Shown here piece after piece: positions 26,192-36,504 of a DNA stretch of 46,278 bases. The DNA is from Sphingomonas sp. (GTDB lineage Bacteria; Pseudomonadota; Alphaproteobacteria; Sphingomonadales; Sphingomonadaceae), in the NCBI RefSeq assembly GCF_048594985.1, contig NZ_JBMDXG010000348.1, positions 1-46,278 on the forward strand, given 5' to 3'. The translations under genes were made by a program, and so were the position numbers. Each line of letters opens with the position of its first letter. The first letter of the stretch is position 1. Below the pieces are notes generated by a model. That model made no database searches, was not told the origin of the DNA, and worked only from the letters and a program-made list of their open reading frames with translations.

Positions 26192-26338
26192 GGCCGTGGT
26201 TCCTCACTCTCGCGGCGCGAGCCGTTGCGCCGCCAGAACATTGCGTCACGTCCGCGAGTCGCGGAAGCGGCAAAGATCGCAACCGATCGATGACGATTGT
26301 TGGCGGATCCTCATAGATACGAAAAAGGCATAGGCGCG

Positions 26339-26374
26339 AAAAAGGCGTCCGGATCGCTCCGGACGCCCCCTTTC
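26339..26374 (-). terminator. glnA terminator
   Basis: Minus strand GGCGTCCGGA-GCGA-TCCGGACGCC-TTTTT. Confidence 0.75.
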
Positions 26375-26394
26375 CTCCTCGATCGTGTGGGCGA

Positions 26395-27807
26395 TCAGGC
26401 CGAATAATACATGTCGAACTCGACCGGGCTCGGCGTCATCTCCCAGCGGGCGACCTCCGGCCACTTGAGCTCGAGATAGGATTCGATCTGGTCCTCGGTG
26501 AACACGCCGCCCTTGGTCAGGAAGGCATGATCCTCGGCCAGGCTGTTCAGCGCCTCGCGGAGCGAACCGCACACCGTCGGGATCTCCTTCAGCTCCTCCG
26601 GCGGCAGGTCGTAGAGGTTCTTGTCCATCGCCTCGCCCGGGTGAATCTTGTTCTCGATCCCGTCGAGGCCGGCCATCAGCAGCGCCGCATAGCAGAGATA
26701 CGGATTGGCCATCGCGTCGGGGAAGCGGAACTCGACCCGCTTCGCCTTGGCGCCCGCGCCATAAGGGATGCGGCACGAGGCCGAACGGTTGCGCGCCGAA
26801 TAGGCCAGCAACACCGGCGCCTCGTAGCCCGGCACCAGCCGCTTGTAGCTGTTGGTGGTCGGGTTGGTGAAGGCGTTGAGCGCCTTGGCATGCTTGATGA
26901 CGCCGCCGATGAAATACAGGCAGATGTCGCTCAGGCCCGCATAGCCGTTGCCGGCGAACAGCGGATTGCCCTTGTCCCAGATCGAGATGTGGGTGTGCAT
27001 GCCCGAGCCGTTATCCTTGGCGATCGGCTTCGGCATGAAGGTCACGGTCTTGCCGTAGGCCTGCGCCACCTGCCACACGACATACTTGTAGATCTGCATG
27101 CGGTCGGCGGTCTGGACGAGCGTGCCGAAGGTCAGGCCCAGCTCATGCTGCGCGGCGGCGACCTCGTGGTGGTGCTTGTCGCACGGCAGGCCCATTTCGA
27201 GCATGGTCGACACCATCTCGCCACGGATGTCGACCGCGCTGTCGACCGGCGCGACCGGGAAATAGCCGCCCTTAGCGCGCGGACGGTGGGCGAGGTTGCC
27301 CTCCTCATACGCCTTGCCGGTGTTGGTCGGCAGTTCGATATCATCGATCTTGTAGTAGGATTCGGCGTAGTTCGTGTCGAACTGCACGTTGTCGAACATG
27401 AAGAATTCGGCTTCCGGCCCGACATAGACGGTATCGCCGATGCCCAGCGTCTTGACGTAGTCCTCAGCGCGCTTCGCGGTCGAGCGCGGATCGCGGGCAT
27501 AGAGTTCGCCGGTCGACGGCTCGACGATGTCGCACACCAGGATCAGCATCGGCGTCGCCGAGAACGGATCGATCCACACCGCGTCCAGATCCGGCTTCAG
27601 GATCATGTCGCTCTCGTTGATCGCCTTCCAGCCCTCGATCGAGCTGCCGTCGAACATGAAGCCGTCGTTGAGTTCGTCCTCCCCGACCACGCCGGCCACC
27701 ATCGACAGATGCTGCCACTTGCCCTTCGGATCGGTGAAGCGGAGGTCGACCCACTCGATCTCCTTGTCCTTGATCATCTTCAGAACGTCGGACGCCTTGT
27801 TCGCCAT
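26395..27807 (-). CDS. glnA: Glutamine synthetase type I
   Basis: [33 protein letters not shown], adenylylation site KNLYDL. Confidence 0.98.
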   Translation of the reverse strand: MANKASDVLKMIKDKEIEWVDLRFTDPKGKWQHLSMVAGVVGEDELNDGFMFDGSSIEGWKAINESDMILKPDLDAVWIDPFSATPMLILVCDIVEPSTGELYARDPRSTAKRAEDYVKTLGIGDTVYVGPEAEFFMFDNVQFDTNYAESYYKIDDIELPTNTGKAYEEGNLAHRPRAKGGYFPVAPVDSAVDIRGEMVSTMLEMGLPCDKHHHEVAAAQHELGLTFGTLVQTADRMQIYKYVVWQVAQAYGKTVTFMPKPIAKDNGSGMHTHISIWDKGNPLFAGNGYAGLSDICLYFIGGVIKHAKALNAFTNPTTNSYKRLVPGYEAPVLLAYSARNRSASCRIPYGAGAKAKRVEFRFPDAMANPYLCYAALLMAGLDGIENKIHPGEAMDKNLYDLPPEELKEIPTVCGSLREALNSLAEDHAFLTKGGVFTEDQIESYLELKWPEVARWEMTPSPVEFDMYYSA

Positions 27808-27884
27808 CGTAGAAAGCCCTTCCCGCTAAAGCCCCTGAAGTTTCGCGGCCGTGGAGGCCGCCTGCGCATAACCGCGCGGATCAT

Positions 27885-28262
<378 letters not shown>

Positions 28263-28314
28263 TGCAAGGCCACGCAAGCGACACACCCCTGTCCCGTCAC
28301 AGATTGCGGGGCAT

Positions 28315-28362
28315 TGCTCGCAAAAGCAGCATTCCGACGATATGCTGCCCGATCGGCGGGCA
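28315..28362. promoter_or_regulatory. Tandem NtrC-type sites
   Basis: TGC-N11-GCA at 28315-28331 and 28346-28362, 31 bp apart, upstream of the sigma54 site. Confidence 0.65.
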
Positions 28363-28411
28363 GATTTTCCGACGCTCGCCCTGCTTTCCGCGACTCGCCG
28401 GCCCGGGAATC

Positions 28412-28972
28412 CTATTTCGCGGTGACGATCAGTTCGATCCGGCGATTGCGCGCGCGGCCTTCGGGCGTCGCATTGTCGGCGATCGGCTCGGCCAGCCCGC
28501 GTCCGATCGTGGTGATCCGGCGCGGGGCGATCCCGCCCTGGCTCAGCAATTGCTTCATCCGCTCCGCGCGCGCGCGGGACAGGGCCAGGTTGCGCTCAGG
28601 CGCGCCGTCATTGTCGGTATGGCCGACGATCGTGACCCTCGCCTTCGGATAGGCGCGCAGGATCTGCTGCACGGCGTACATCGTCCGCACGGTGGCGGGG
28701 TTGGGGCGCGTCTGCCACGGCTGAAACTCGTTGCCCGGGAAACGGAACAGGCGCGGGGCCGGATCGGGGGACGCGAGAAACAGCGCGAGCTGCTCCTCGA
28801 CCGAGCCCGGCTGCACCGCGATCGCACTGTCGGGAAGGAGAATCAGCTTGCCCGCCTGGGTCTGCGGCGCGGCCGCCTCGGCCTCGCTCGCGGTCACGGA
28901 CGAATCGCAGCCGCCCTGCATCACCAGGAGCACCGCCAGGGCGGTCACCGCGATAATCCTGCTGCCAATCAT
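28412..28972 (-). CDS. OmpA-family peptidoglycan-binding (lipo)protein
   Basis: IVGHTD, NLALSRARA, GRARNRRIE; signal peptide ending in GGC. Confidence 0.85.
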   Translation of the reverse strand: MIGSRIIAVTALAVLLVMQGGCDSSVTASEAEAAAPQTQAGKLILLPDSAIAVQPGSVEEQLALFLASPDPAPRLFRFPGNEFQPWQTRPNPATVRTMYAVQQILRAYPKARVTIVGHTDNDGAPERNLALSRARAERMKQLLSQGGIAPRRITTIGRGLAEPIADNATPEGRARNRRIELIVTAK

Positions 28973-29119
28973 GCGCCCACCTCGATGCATCTATACCGCC
29001 CGGTATCGAATATGGAAACCTCTTTCGCACATGCAACATGACATTACGACGATGCTGGCGCGCAGCGACCGGACAGGCGTAGACAGATGCGCCGCCCGCG
29101 CGCGGTGACGATCGAGGAT

Positions 29120-30973
29120 ATGATGACGACACTTTCCCGCCGCGATGCCCTGACCTCTGCCGCCGCACTGGCCGTGCTCGCGGCCGCTCCCCAAGGCGCA
29201 CCCGCGCAGACGGCCTCCGCCGGCTGGGATTTGACCGATCTCTACCGCAGCGACGCCGACTGGGCCGCGGAACGCGCGGCTGTCGCCGGCCGTCTGTCGG
29301 CGCTTTCGGCGTTCAAGGGCAGACTGGGCACCGCGGAGGGTTTTGCCGGCGCACTTCGGCTCCATTCCGAACTCGGCCTGAAGGTCGCGCGCCTCTACAC
29401 CTATGCCAGCCTCAAGGCGGACGAGGATCTGCGCGTGGCGGCGAACCAGGAACGGCGGCAGGTCGCGACCGACCTCTATACCGCTTATGGCGAGGCCGGG
29501 TCGTGGATCGATCCCGAGTTGCTGGCGGTGGGCAAGCCGACGATCGACCGCTTCTTCGCGGCCGACCCAAGCCTCTCCCGCTTCCGGTTCCAGGTCGACG
29601 ACGTGCTGCGCCTGGCCGGACATACGCTGTCGCCCGAAGGCGAGGCTTTGCTGTCCGCCGCCGCCGCCCCGCTGGCCGGACCGCAGGATGTGCGCGACCA
29701 GCTGACCGCGTCGGACATTCCCCGTCCGACCGTGACGCTGTCCACGGGGCAGACCGCCACGCTCGACGATCAGGGCTACACGCTGCAGCGCGCGGCCCCC
29801 AACCGGACCGACCGCAAGCTGGTGTTCGATGCGTTCTGGGGGAGCTATGCCAAATTCGAAAATTCGCTCGGCGCGGCGCTTGCCGCGAAGGTCAAGGGCG
29901 ACATCTTCGCCGCCAAGGCGCGCAAATATGGCAGCGCGCTGGAGGAGGCGCTGGCCGGCCCCAACCTGCCCGAAGCCGTCTATCGCACGCTGATCGCGGA
30001 GACGAATGCGGGCCTGCCCGTGCTGCACCGTTATTTCGATCTGCGGCGGCGGATGCTGAAGCTGCCCGACATCGCTTATTACGACATCTACCCTCCGCTC
30101 GTGTCGCTCGACCGGAAATTCCCGCTGGCCGAGATGCGGACGTTGACGATGGAGGCGGTGCGCCCGCTCGGCCCCGATTATGTCCGCCTGTTCGGGGAGG
30201 CGAGCGCGAAGAAATGGATGGACCCGCTGCCCCGCCCCGGCAAGCAGTCCGGCGCCTACATGCAACCCGGCGCCTATGAGGTGCACCCCTATCTGCTGCT
30301 CAACCTGAGCGATCAGTATGACGGGCTCACCACCTATGCCCACGAATGGGGGCATGCGATGCACTCGCTGCTCGCCAATGCCGCGCAGCCGTTCGAACTC
30401 GCCAATTACCCGACCTTCACCGCCGAGATTGCGTCGACCGGCCACGAAATCTTCCTCGCCCGCCTGATGCTGGCCAAGGCGCGATCGCGCGAAGAGAAGC
30501 TCTTCTACCTCGGCCAGCTGATGGAAACCTTCCGCGGCACTTTCTTCCGCCAGGCGATGTTCGCCGAATTCCAGCTCGCCATCACCGATCTCGCACAGAA
30601 GGGCGAGGGGCTGTCGGGCGCGCGGATGAGCGCGATCAACCTCGACCTGCTCAAACGCTATCATGGGCCGAATTTCACGATCGATCCGGCCTATGGAATT
30701 GAATGGGCCTATATCCAGCATTATTATTTCGGCTTCTACGTCTTCCAATATGCCACATCGATCACGGCGGCGAACTTCCTGGTCGATCGGGTGCTCAAGG
30801 GCGGGGCGAGCGAACGCGACGCCTATCTCGCGGTGCTGAAGGCCGGCGGATCCGACCATGGCTATGCCATCCTGAAGAAGGCCGGGCTCGATATGGCGAC
30901 GCCCGCGCCCTACCGCACCCTGGTCGCCACCTTCGCGGACATCCTCGATCAGGCGGAGAAACTGCTCGGCTGA
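29120..30973 (+). CDS. pepF: Oligoendopeptidase F (M3B) with a Tat signal
   Basis: SRRDAL twin-Arg signal, WDLTDLY, GKQSGAY, HEWGH zinc motif, AEIAST. Confidence 0.88.
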   Translation: MMTTLSRRDALTSAAALAVLAAAPQGAPAQTASAGWDLTDLYRSDADWAAERAAVAGRLSALSAFKGRLGTAEGFAGALRLHSELGLKVARLYTYASLKADEDLRVAANQERRQVATDLYTAYGEAGSWIDPELLAVGKPTIDRFFAADPSLSRFRFQVDDVLRLAGHTLSPEGEALLSAAAAPLAGPQDVRDQLTASDIPRPTVTLSTGQTATLDDQGYTLQRAAPNRTDRKLVFDAFWGSYAKFENSLGAALAAKVKGDIFAAKARKYGSALEEALAGPNLPEAVYRTLIAETNAGLPVLHRYFDLRRRMLKLPDIAYYDIYPPLVSLDRKFPLAEMRTLTMEAVRPLGPDYVRLFGEASAKKWMDPLPRPGKQSGAYMQPGAYEVHPYLLLNLSDQYDGLTTYAHEWGHAMHSLLANAAQPFELANYPTFTAEIASTGHEIFLARLMLAKARSREEKLFYLGQLMETFRGTFFRQAMFAEFQLAITDLAQKGEGLSGARMSAINLDLLKRYHGPNFTIDPAYGIEWAYIQHYYFGFYVFQYATSITAANFLVDRVLKGGASERDAYLAVLKAGGSDHGYAILKKAGLDMATPAPYRTLVATFADILDQAEKLLG

Positions 30974-30984
30974 ACCCGGCATCC

Positions 30985-31010
30985 GGAACGGGCGGAGGCC
31001 GTGCGGGGTT
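30985..31010 (+). promoter_or_regulatory. Putative EcfG promoter of pfpI
   Basis: GGAAC-N17-GGTT, 31 nt before the ATG. Confidence 0.55.
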
Positions 31011-31041
31011 CTCCCGGCTTCCCCCGTTTCAGGAGTTTTCC

Positions 31042-31581
31042 ATGACCAAGGCGCTCATCATCGCCACCGACGGGTTCGAGCAGTCGGAACTGTTCGAGCC
31101 GCGCCAGGCCCTGCTCGACGCCGGCGTCGAGGTCACGCTCGCCAGCCCCAAGCGCGATCCCATCCAGGGCATGGAGCATGACGAGAAAGGCGACACGATC
31201 ACGCCCGACGCGCTGCTGGGCGAGGTGAAGGCCGAGGATTACGACACGCTGGTGATCCCAGGCGGCGTCGGCAACCCCGACAAGCTGCGCATGGAACAGG
31301 ATGCGATCCGGCTGGTGCGCGACTTCGTCGCCGCCGGGAAGCCCGTCGCCGCCATCTGCCACGGCCCGTGGCTGCTGGCCGAGGCCGAGGTGATCGACGG
31401 GCGCACGGTCACGTCGTGGCCGTCGATCCGCGCCGACCTGCGCCACGCAGGGGCGCTCGTGGTCGACCGCGAGGTGATCGAGGACGGCAACCTCATCACC
31501 AGCCGCAAGCCCGACGACATCCCCGCCTTCAACCGGGCGTTGCTGGCCAAGTTGGGGCTCGACGCGCGCGCGACGGCCTGA
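31042..31581 (+). CDS. PfpI/DJ-1 family protein (YhbO-like)
   Basis: DGFEQSE, PGG..NPDKLR, AAICHGPW, TSRKPDDIPAF. Confidence 0.92.
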   Translation: MTKALIIATDGFEQSELFEPRQALLDAGVEVTLASPKRDPIQGMEHDEKGDTITPDALLGEVKAEDYDTLVIPGGVGNPDKLRMEQDAIRLVRDFVAAGKPVAAICHGPWLLAEAEVIDGRTVTSWPSIRADLRHAGALVVDREVIEDGNLITSRKPDDIPAFNRALLAKLGLDARATA

Positions 31582-31587
31582 TCCCTG

Positions 31588-32436
31588 TCAGGCGACCCCG
31601 TGGGCGCGGAAATGCGCGAGCATCAGCGCCCATCCGTCCTTCGCGGCGGCGGCATCGTAGGACGCACGATAGTCGGCATGGAAGCCATGCTCGGCCTCCG
31701 GATAGAGGCGGAGCGACGATCCGGACTTGCCGGCCTTGGCAAGCGCCTCGGTCATCGCGGTCACGTCGCTGGCCGGAATGCCCTGGTCCTTGCCGGCATA
31801 GAGGCCGAGCACGGGCGCGCGCAGCGCGGCGGCACGCGGGATGACCGTGCCCAGCCGCCCGTACCAGGCGACACCCGCCTTGATGTCGGGATTGTCGATC
31901 GCCGCGCGCCACACCACCGTACCGCCCCAGCAGAAGCCGGTGATGCCGATCGCGCCCGGCTTGGCGAACGCCTGGCCCTTCAGCCACGCCGTCACCGCGC
32001 GGACGTCGCCATCGACCTGCGTGTCGCCCGCCTGCGCCACGATCGGGCGGATCTGCGCGAAATCGCTCAGCGCGGGCAGATTGACGCCCGACCGATAGAA
32101 GAAATCGGGCGCGATCGCGACGTAGCCGAGCGCCGCAAGGCGGCGGCAGACATCCTTGATATAGTCATGGACCCCGAAAATCTCGTTCACGACGATGATC
32201 GCCGCATGCGCGCCCTTGCCCGCCGGACGTGCGACATAAGCCGGAAGCGGCTTGTCCGCTCCGTTCGGGATCAGTGCTTCCTCGATCGTCAGCCCGTCGG
32301 CCGGGGTCCGAATCGGCTTAGCGTCCTGCGCCAGCGCGGCGACGGCATAGCCCGCGAAGAACATCGAGACGGCGGCGCGGCGGCCGACATGAAGGTCGTG
32401 CGGCGCGGTGCCGTCGGGACGGGTCAGAGTCGGCAT
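31588..32436 (-). CDS. Dienelactone hydrolase family protein
   Basis: EIFGV, GFCWGG, HGFHADYRASY; RR-containing N-terminus. Confidence 0.9.
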   Translation of the reverse strand: MPTLTRPDGTAPHDLHVGRRAAVSMFFAGYAVAALAQDAKPIRTPADGLTIEEALIPNGADKPLPAYVARPAGKGAHAAIIVVNEIFGVHDYIKDVCRRLAALGYVAIAPDFFYRSGVNLPALSDFAQIRPIVAQAGDTQVDGDVRAVTAWLKGQAFAKPGAIGITGFCWGGTVVWRAAIDNPDIKAGVAWYGRLGTVIPRAAALRAPVLGLYAGKDQGIPASDVTAMTEALAKAGKSGSSLRLYPEAEHGFHADYRASYDAAAAKDGWALMLAHFRAHGVA

Positions 32437-32509
32437 TGCGGGCACCCTCCAGCGCTCATGGCGCGGGAAGGCTAACCTACATGGCGACCCGCATCAACGC
32501 AGGGCGCCG

Positions 32510-33340
32510 TCAGATGGGCTGATGCGGCAGGTCGAGGCCCTTCAGGCTTTTCGTGAAGATCTCGCACCCGTCCTCGGTGATCCCGATCGAATGTTCGAAC
32601 TGCGCCGACAGCGAACGATCGCGCGTCACCGCCGTCCAGCCGTCGTCGAGCACCTTCACGTCGGGCCGTCCGATATTGATCATAGGCTCGATCGTGAAGA
32701 ACATGCCCGGCTTGAGCTCGGGCCCGGTCCCGGGCCGGCCGACATGCACCACCTCGGGCGCGTCGTGGAACAGCAGGCCGACGCCGTGCCCGCAAAAGTC
32801 GCGCACCACGCCATAACGATACTTTTCTGCATGCGTCTGGATCGCATGGCCGATGTCGCCCAGCCGCGCGCCGGGCTTCGCGGCGGCGATGCCCAGCATC
32901 AGGCATTCGTACGTCACCTCGACGAGCTTGCGCGCCTTGAGCGAGACATCGCCCGCCAGATAGGTACGGTTCGAGTCGCCATGCCATCCGTCGAGCAGCG
33001 GCGTCACGTCGACATTGACGATGTCGCCGTCCTTGATCGTCTTCGGCCCAGGAATCCCGTGGCAGACGACATGGTTCACGCTGATGCAGCTGCTGTGCGT
33101 ATAGCCGCGATAATTGAGCGTGGCGGGAACCGCGCCGCCCGCCAGCGTCATGTCGTAGACGATACGGTCGATCTCCTCCGTCGTCACGCCGGGGCGGATA
33201 TGGGCACCCAGCGCGTCGAGGATTTCCGCCGCCAGCCGCCCGGCGCGGCGCATCCCCTCGAACCCCTCGGGGCCGTAGAGCTTGATCGCGCCCGTGCGCG
33301 CGACGGGCTCGCCCGCCGTCACCGTCTGATATTGAACCAT
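32510..33340 (-). CDS. map: Methionine aminopeptidase type I
   Basis: CISVNHVVCHGIP, DGWHGD, CGHGVG..FH, FTIEPMIN, SAQFEH. Confidence 0.96.
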   Translation of the reverse strand: MVQYQTVTAGEPVARTGAIKLYGPEGFEGMRRAGRLAAEILDALGAHIRPGVTTEEIDRIVYDMTLAGGAVPATLNYRGYTHSSCISVNHVVCHGIPGPKTIKDGDIVNVDVTPLLDGWHGDSNRTYLAGDVSLKARKLVEVTYECLMLGIAAAKPGARLGDIGHAIQTHAEKYRYGVVRDFCGHGVGLLFHDAPEVVHVGRPGTGPELKPGMFFTIEPMINIGRPDVKVLDDGWTAVTRDRSLSAQFEHSIGITEDGCEIFTKSLKGLDLPHQPI

Positions 33341-33399
33341 GCGCCGGATATAGCGCCGGCGCGGCTAAATTTCCACTCGCCGCCCGGCGGGCGCGAAAC

Positions 33400-34191
33400 C
33401 TAGAGCCTTGGGAACTTCAGCCCGCCATGGGCCGGCGGCGCGCTCGGCTCCAGCTCCGCCTCCTCGAACCGGCGCCAGCCATTGGGGCCTAGCCGCTCGA
33501 TCGGCCGGTAGCGCACCTTGTACTGCATCCGCGCCGAGCCCTTCACCCAATAGCCGAGATAGACGTAGGGCAGGCCCACCGACCGTGCCCGCTGGATATG
33601 GTCGAGGATGATGAGCGTGCCGAGCCCGGGGCGATGTTCCAGATCGGGCTCGAAGAAGCTGTAGACCATCGACAGCCCGTCGGACTGCTGATCCGTGAGG
33701 CACGCCCCGACCAGCCGGCCCGGACGTCCATCGACCGACGGTTCGCGATATTCGACCATGAAGGTCGTGACCGGCGTCTGTTCGACCATGTCCGCGAAAT
33801 CGAGCTCGTCCATCTCCGCCATGCCGCCGCCGGGGTGGCGCGCCGCGAGGTAGCGGCGGAGCAGCGCGAACTGTTCTTCGGTGGTCCATGGCGCGCACGC
33901 CTCGATCACCAGGTCCGAATGGCGGCGGAGCAGGCGCCGCTGGGTGGTGTTGGTCTTGAACTCGTCCGCCACCACGCGCACCGACACGCAGGCGTGACAA
34001 TCGATGCAGCTCGGACGGTAGGCGACGCTCTGGCTGCGGCGAAATCCGATCCGTCCCAGCGCCTCATTGAGCTCGGACGCGTGAGTCCCGCTCAGTTCGG
34101 TGAACACCTTGCGCTCGGTCCGGCCCGGCAAATAGGGACACGGCGCCGGCGAGGTCACAAAAAAGCGCGGAAATTTGAATTGCGCACTCAC
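33400..34191 (-). CDS. bpt: Asp/Glu leucyltransferase (ATE-like, Bpt)
   Basis: [31 protein letters not shown]...MQYK. Confidence 0.85.
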   Translation of the reverse strand: MSAQFKFPRFFVTSPAPCPYLPGRTERKVFTELSGTHASELNEALGRIGFRRSQSVAYRPSCIDCHACVSVRVVADEFKTNTTQRRLLRRHSDLVIEACAPWTTEEQFALLRRYLAARHPGGGMAEMDELDFADMVEQTPVTTFMVEYREPSVDGRPGRLVGACLTDQQSDGLSMVYSFFEPDLEHRPGLGTLIILDHIQRARSVGLPYVYLGYWVKGSARMQYKVRYRPIERLGPNGWRRFEEAELEPSAPPAHGGLKFPRL

Positions 34192-34312
34192 TGTCGGACC
34201 AAGCCCCTCGCGCCCTGCATACCCCGCAAACGTTTATGCCTGCCGGAAAATGCGATGAAAAGGCGATTCACCACCTTTGATGGTTAAGGGCGCCCGCTTC
34301 CGCAACGGCCGG

Positions 34313-35554
34313 TCAGGCCAGCTCGACCGGGGTCACGTCATAGCCCTCGCCCCGGAGCGCGCCGATCAGGCGCTCGAGATGCGCCGCGTCGCGCGTCTCG
34401 CATTCGATGTCGGTGATCAACCCCTTGGCCGGCAAGGTCGAAAAGACGCGCTGGTGATAGACCTCGATGATGTTCACCTGCTCCTGATCGAACAGGCGCG
34501 CGACGTGATAGAGCGCGCCCGGCCGATCCTGCAACTTGATGCGCAGCCGTGCGAGCCGGCCCGAACGGGCAAGGTCGCGCAGCAGGACGTTCGCCAGCAG
34601 GCGCGGATCGATATTTCCGCCGCACAGGACGATGCCCACCGTCTTGCCCGCGAATCGCTCGGGATAGGCCAGCATCGCCGCCAGCCCCGCCGCGCCCGCC
34701 CCTTCGACCACCGTCTTTTCGATCTGCAGCAGCAGCGACACCGCCTGCTCCAGATGGCGTTCGGACACGAGCAGGATGTCGTCGACGATCCGTTCGATCA
34801 TCTCGCCGGTGATCGATCCCGGCTCCTTGACCGCGATGCCTTCGGCCAGCGTATCGCCATGGCAGGGCAAGGCGGTGCCCTTGATGCGGTTGTACATCGA
34901 CGGGTACAGCTCCGCCTCGACGCCGACCACCTCGATCCCCTTCGCCTTGGCGACCGTCGCGCAGCCGGAGATGAGGCCGCCGCCGCCGATCGGCACGATC
35001 AGCATGTCGATCGTCGGCGCATCCTCCAGCATCTCGATCGCGACCGTCCCCTGGCCGGCGATGACCTGCTCGTCGTTGAAGGGATGGACGATCGTCAATC
35101 CCTGCTCGGCCGCCTTCTCGCGGGCGAAGGCGAGCGATTCGTCGACATTCTCGCCCTGCAGGATCACGGTCGCGCCATGCCCCTCGGTCTGGCTGACCTT
35201 CACGTTGGGGGTGGACCGGGGCATCACGATCGTCACCGGAATGCCCAGCCGCGCGCCATGATAGGCGAGCCCCTGCGCATGGTTCCCGGCCGAAGCCGCG
35301 ATCACGCCGCGCGTCCTGGCGCCTTCATCGAGCTGGAGCAATTTGTTGAGCGCGCCGCGCTCCTTGTAGGCGGCGGTGAACTGAAGATTCTCGAACTTCA
35401 GGTAGACGGTCGCGCCGGTGAGCTGGCCGAGCGTGAGGCTGACGAGCGTCGGCGTGCGGACGATCGCGGGGGCGATACGGTCATGCGCGGCATGCACGTC
35501 GTCGAGCGACACGGGAAGCGGTGTGTCCGTTTCGGACAGGGAAAGCGTGGCCAT
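34313..35554 (-). CDS. Threonine ammonia-lyase with a C-terminal ACT domain
   Basis: KFENLQFTAAYKERGA, ASAGNHAQG, PIGGGGL, DRPGAL (ACT). Confidence 0.9.
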   Translation of the reverse strand: MATLSLSETDTPLPVSLDDVHAAHDRIAPAIVRTPTLVSLTLGQLTGATVYLKFENLQFTAAYKERGALNKLLQLDEGARTRGVIAASAGNHAQGLAYHGARLGIPVTIVMPRSTPNVKVSQTEGHGATVILQGENVDESLAFAREKAAEQGLTIVHPFNDEQVIAGQGTVAIEMLEDAPTIDMLIVPIGGGGLISGCATVAKAKGIEVVGVEAELYPSMYNRIKGTALPCHGDTLAEGIAVKEPGSITGEMIERIVDDILLVSERHLEQAVSLLLQIEKTVVEGAGAAGLAAMLAYPERFAGKTVGIVLCGGNIDPRLLANVLLRDLARSGRLARLRIKLQDRPGALYHVARLFDQEQVNIIEVYHQRVFSTLPAKGLITDIECETRDAAHLERLIGALRGEGYDVTPVELA

Positions 35555-35637
35555 GGTCCCCGGCCCTAATCCCCCCGCCGCGCTTTTTGAACCCCGTGCG
35601 CTGGTACGTCGTCGCCAAGCGCCTTATGCGCGGCCGC

Positions 35638-36504
35638 ATGGCAAAAGTCGCATTCATCGGCATGGGCGTGATGGGCGGGCCGATGGCGGGGCATCTCGCC
35701 GCCGCCGGGCACGCGGTCACCGTCTTCAACCGCTCCGAGGACAAGGCCGGCGCCTGGACCGCGCGCCACGGCGGAACGAGCGCGCCGACCCCGGCCGCCG
35801 CGGCCGAAGGCGCGGACGCGGTCTTCACCTGCGTCGGCGCGGACCATGATCTGGAGGAGGTGACGCTCGGCCGTGACGGCGCCTTCGGGGTAATGCGGGC
35901 GGGCACGCTGTTCGTCGATCACACAACCGTCTCGCCGCATATCGCGCGGCGGCTGGCGGACGAGGGGCGCGAGCGCGACCTGCTGGTGGTCGATGGGCCG
36001 GTGTCGGGTGGCCAGGCGGGCGCGGAGAATGGCACGCTGTCGATCATGTGCGGCGGCACGCGCGAGGCGGTCGAGCGCGCGCGCCCGCTGATGGAGGCCT
36101 ATTCGTCGCGCATCGTCCATGTCGGCGAGGCGGGGGCCGGCCAGACGGCGAAGATGTGCAACCAGATCGCGATCGCCGGCGTCGTCCAGGGTGTCGCCGA
36201 GTCGCTGCGCTTCGCGCAGGCGGCCGGGCTCGACACCGCCAAGGTGTTCGACGCGATTTCGGCGGGCGCGGCGGGGAGCTGGCAGATGCAGAATCGCTGG
36301 GCGACGATGGCGCGCGACGAGTTCGACTTCGGCTTCGCGGTCGACTGGATGCGCAAGGATCTGGGGCTCGCGCTGGAGGAGGCGCGGCGCAACGGCGCGA
36401 CCCTGCCGGTGACCGCGCTGGTCGACCAATTCTATGCCGAGGTGCAGCAGATGGGCGGAGGACGGCAGGACACGTCCTCGATTGTGCGCAGGCTCGGCCG
36501 ATGA
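35638..36504 (+). CDS. 3-hydroxyisobutyrate dehydrogenase-family NAD(P) oxidoreductase
   Basis: FIGMGVMGGPMA, DGPVSGGQAGA, AKMCNQ, WMRKDLG. Confidence 0.9.
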   Translation: MAKVAFIGMGVMGGPMAGHLAAAGHAVTVFNRSEDKAGAWTARHGGTSAPTPAAAAEGADAVFTCVGADHDLEEVTLGRDGAFGVMRAGTLFVDHTTVSPHIARRLADEGRERDLLVVDGPVSGGQAGAENGTLSIMCGGTREAVERARPLMEAYSSRIVHVGEAGAGQTAKMCNQIAIAGVVQGVAESLRFAQAAGLDTAKVFDAISAGAAGSWQMQNRWATMARDEFDFGFAVDWMRKDLGLALEEARRNGATLPVTALVDQFYAEVQQMGGGRQDTSSIVRRLGR

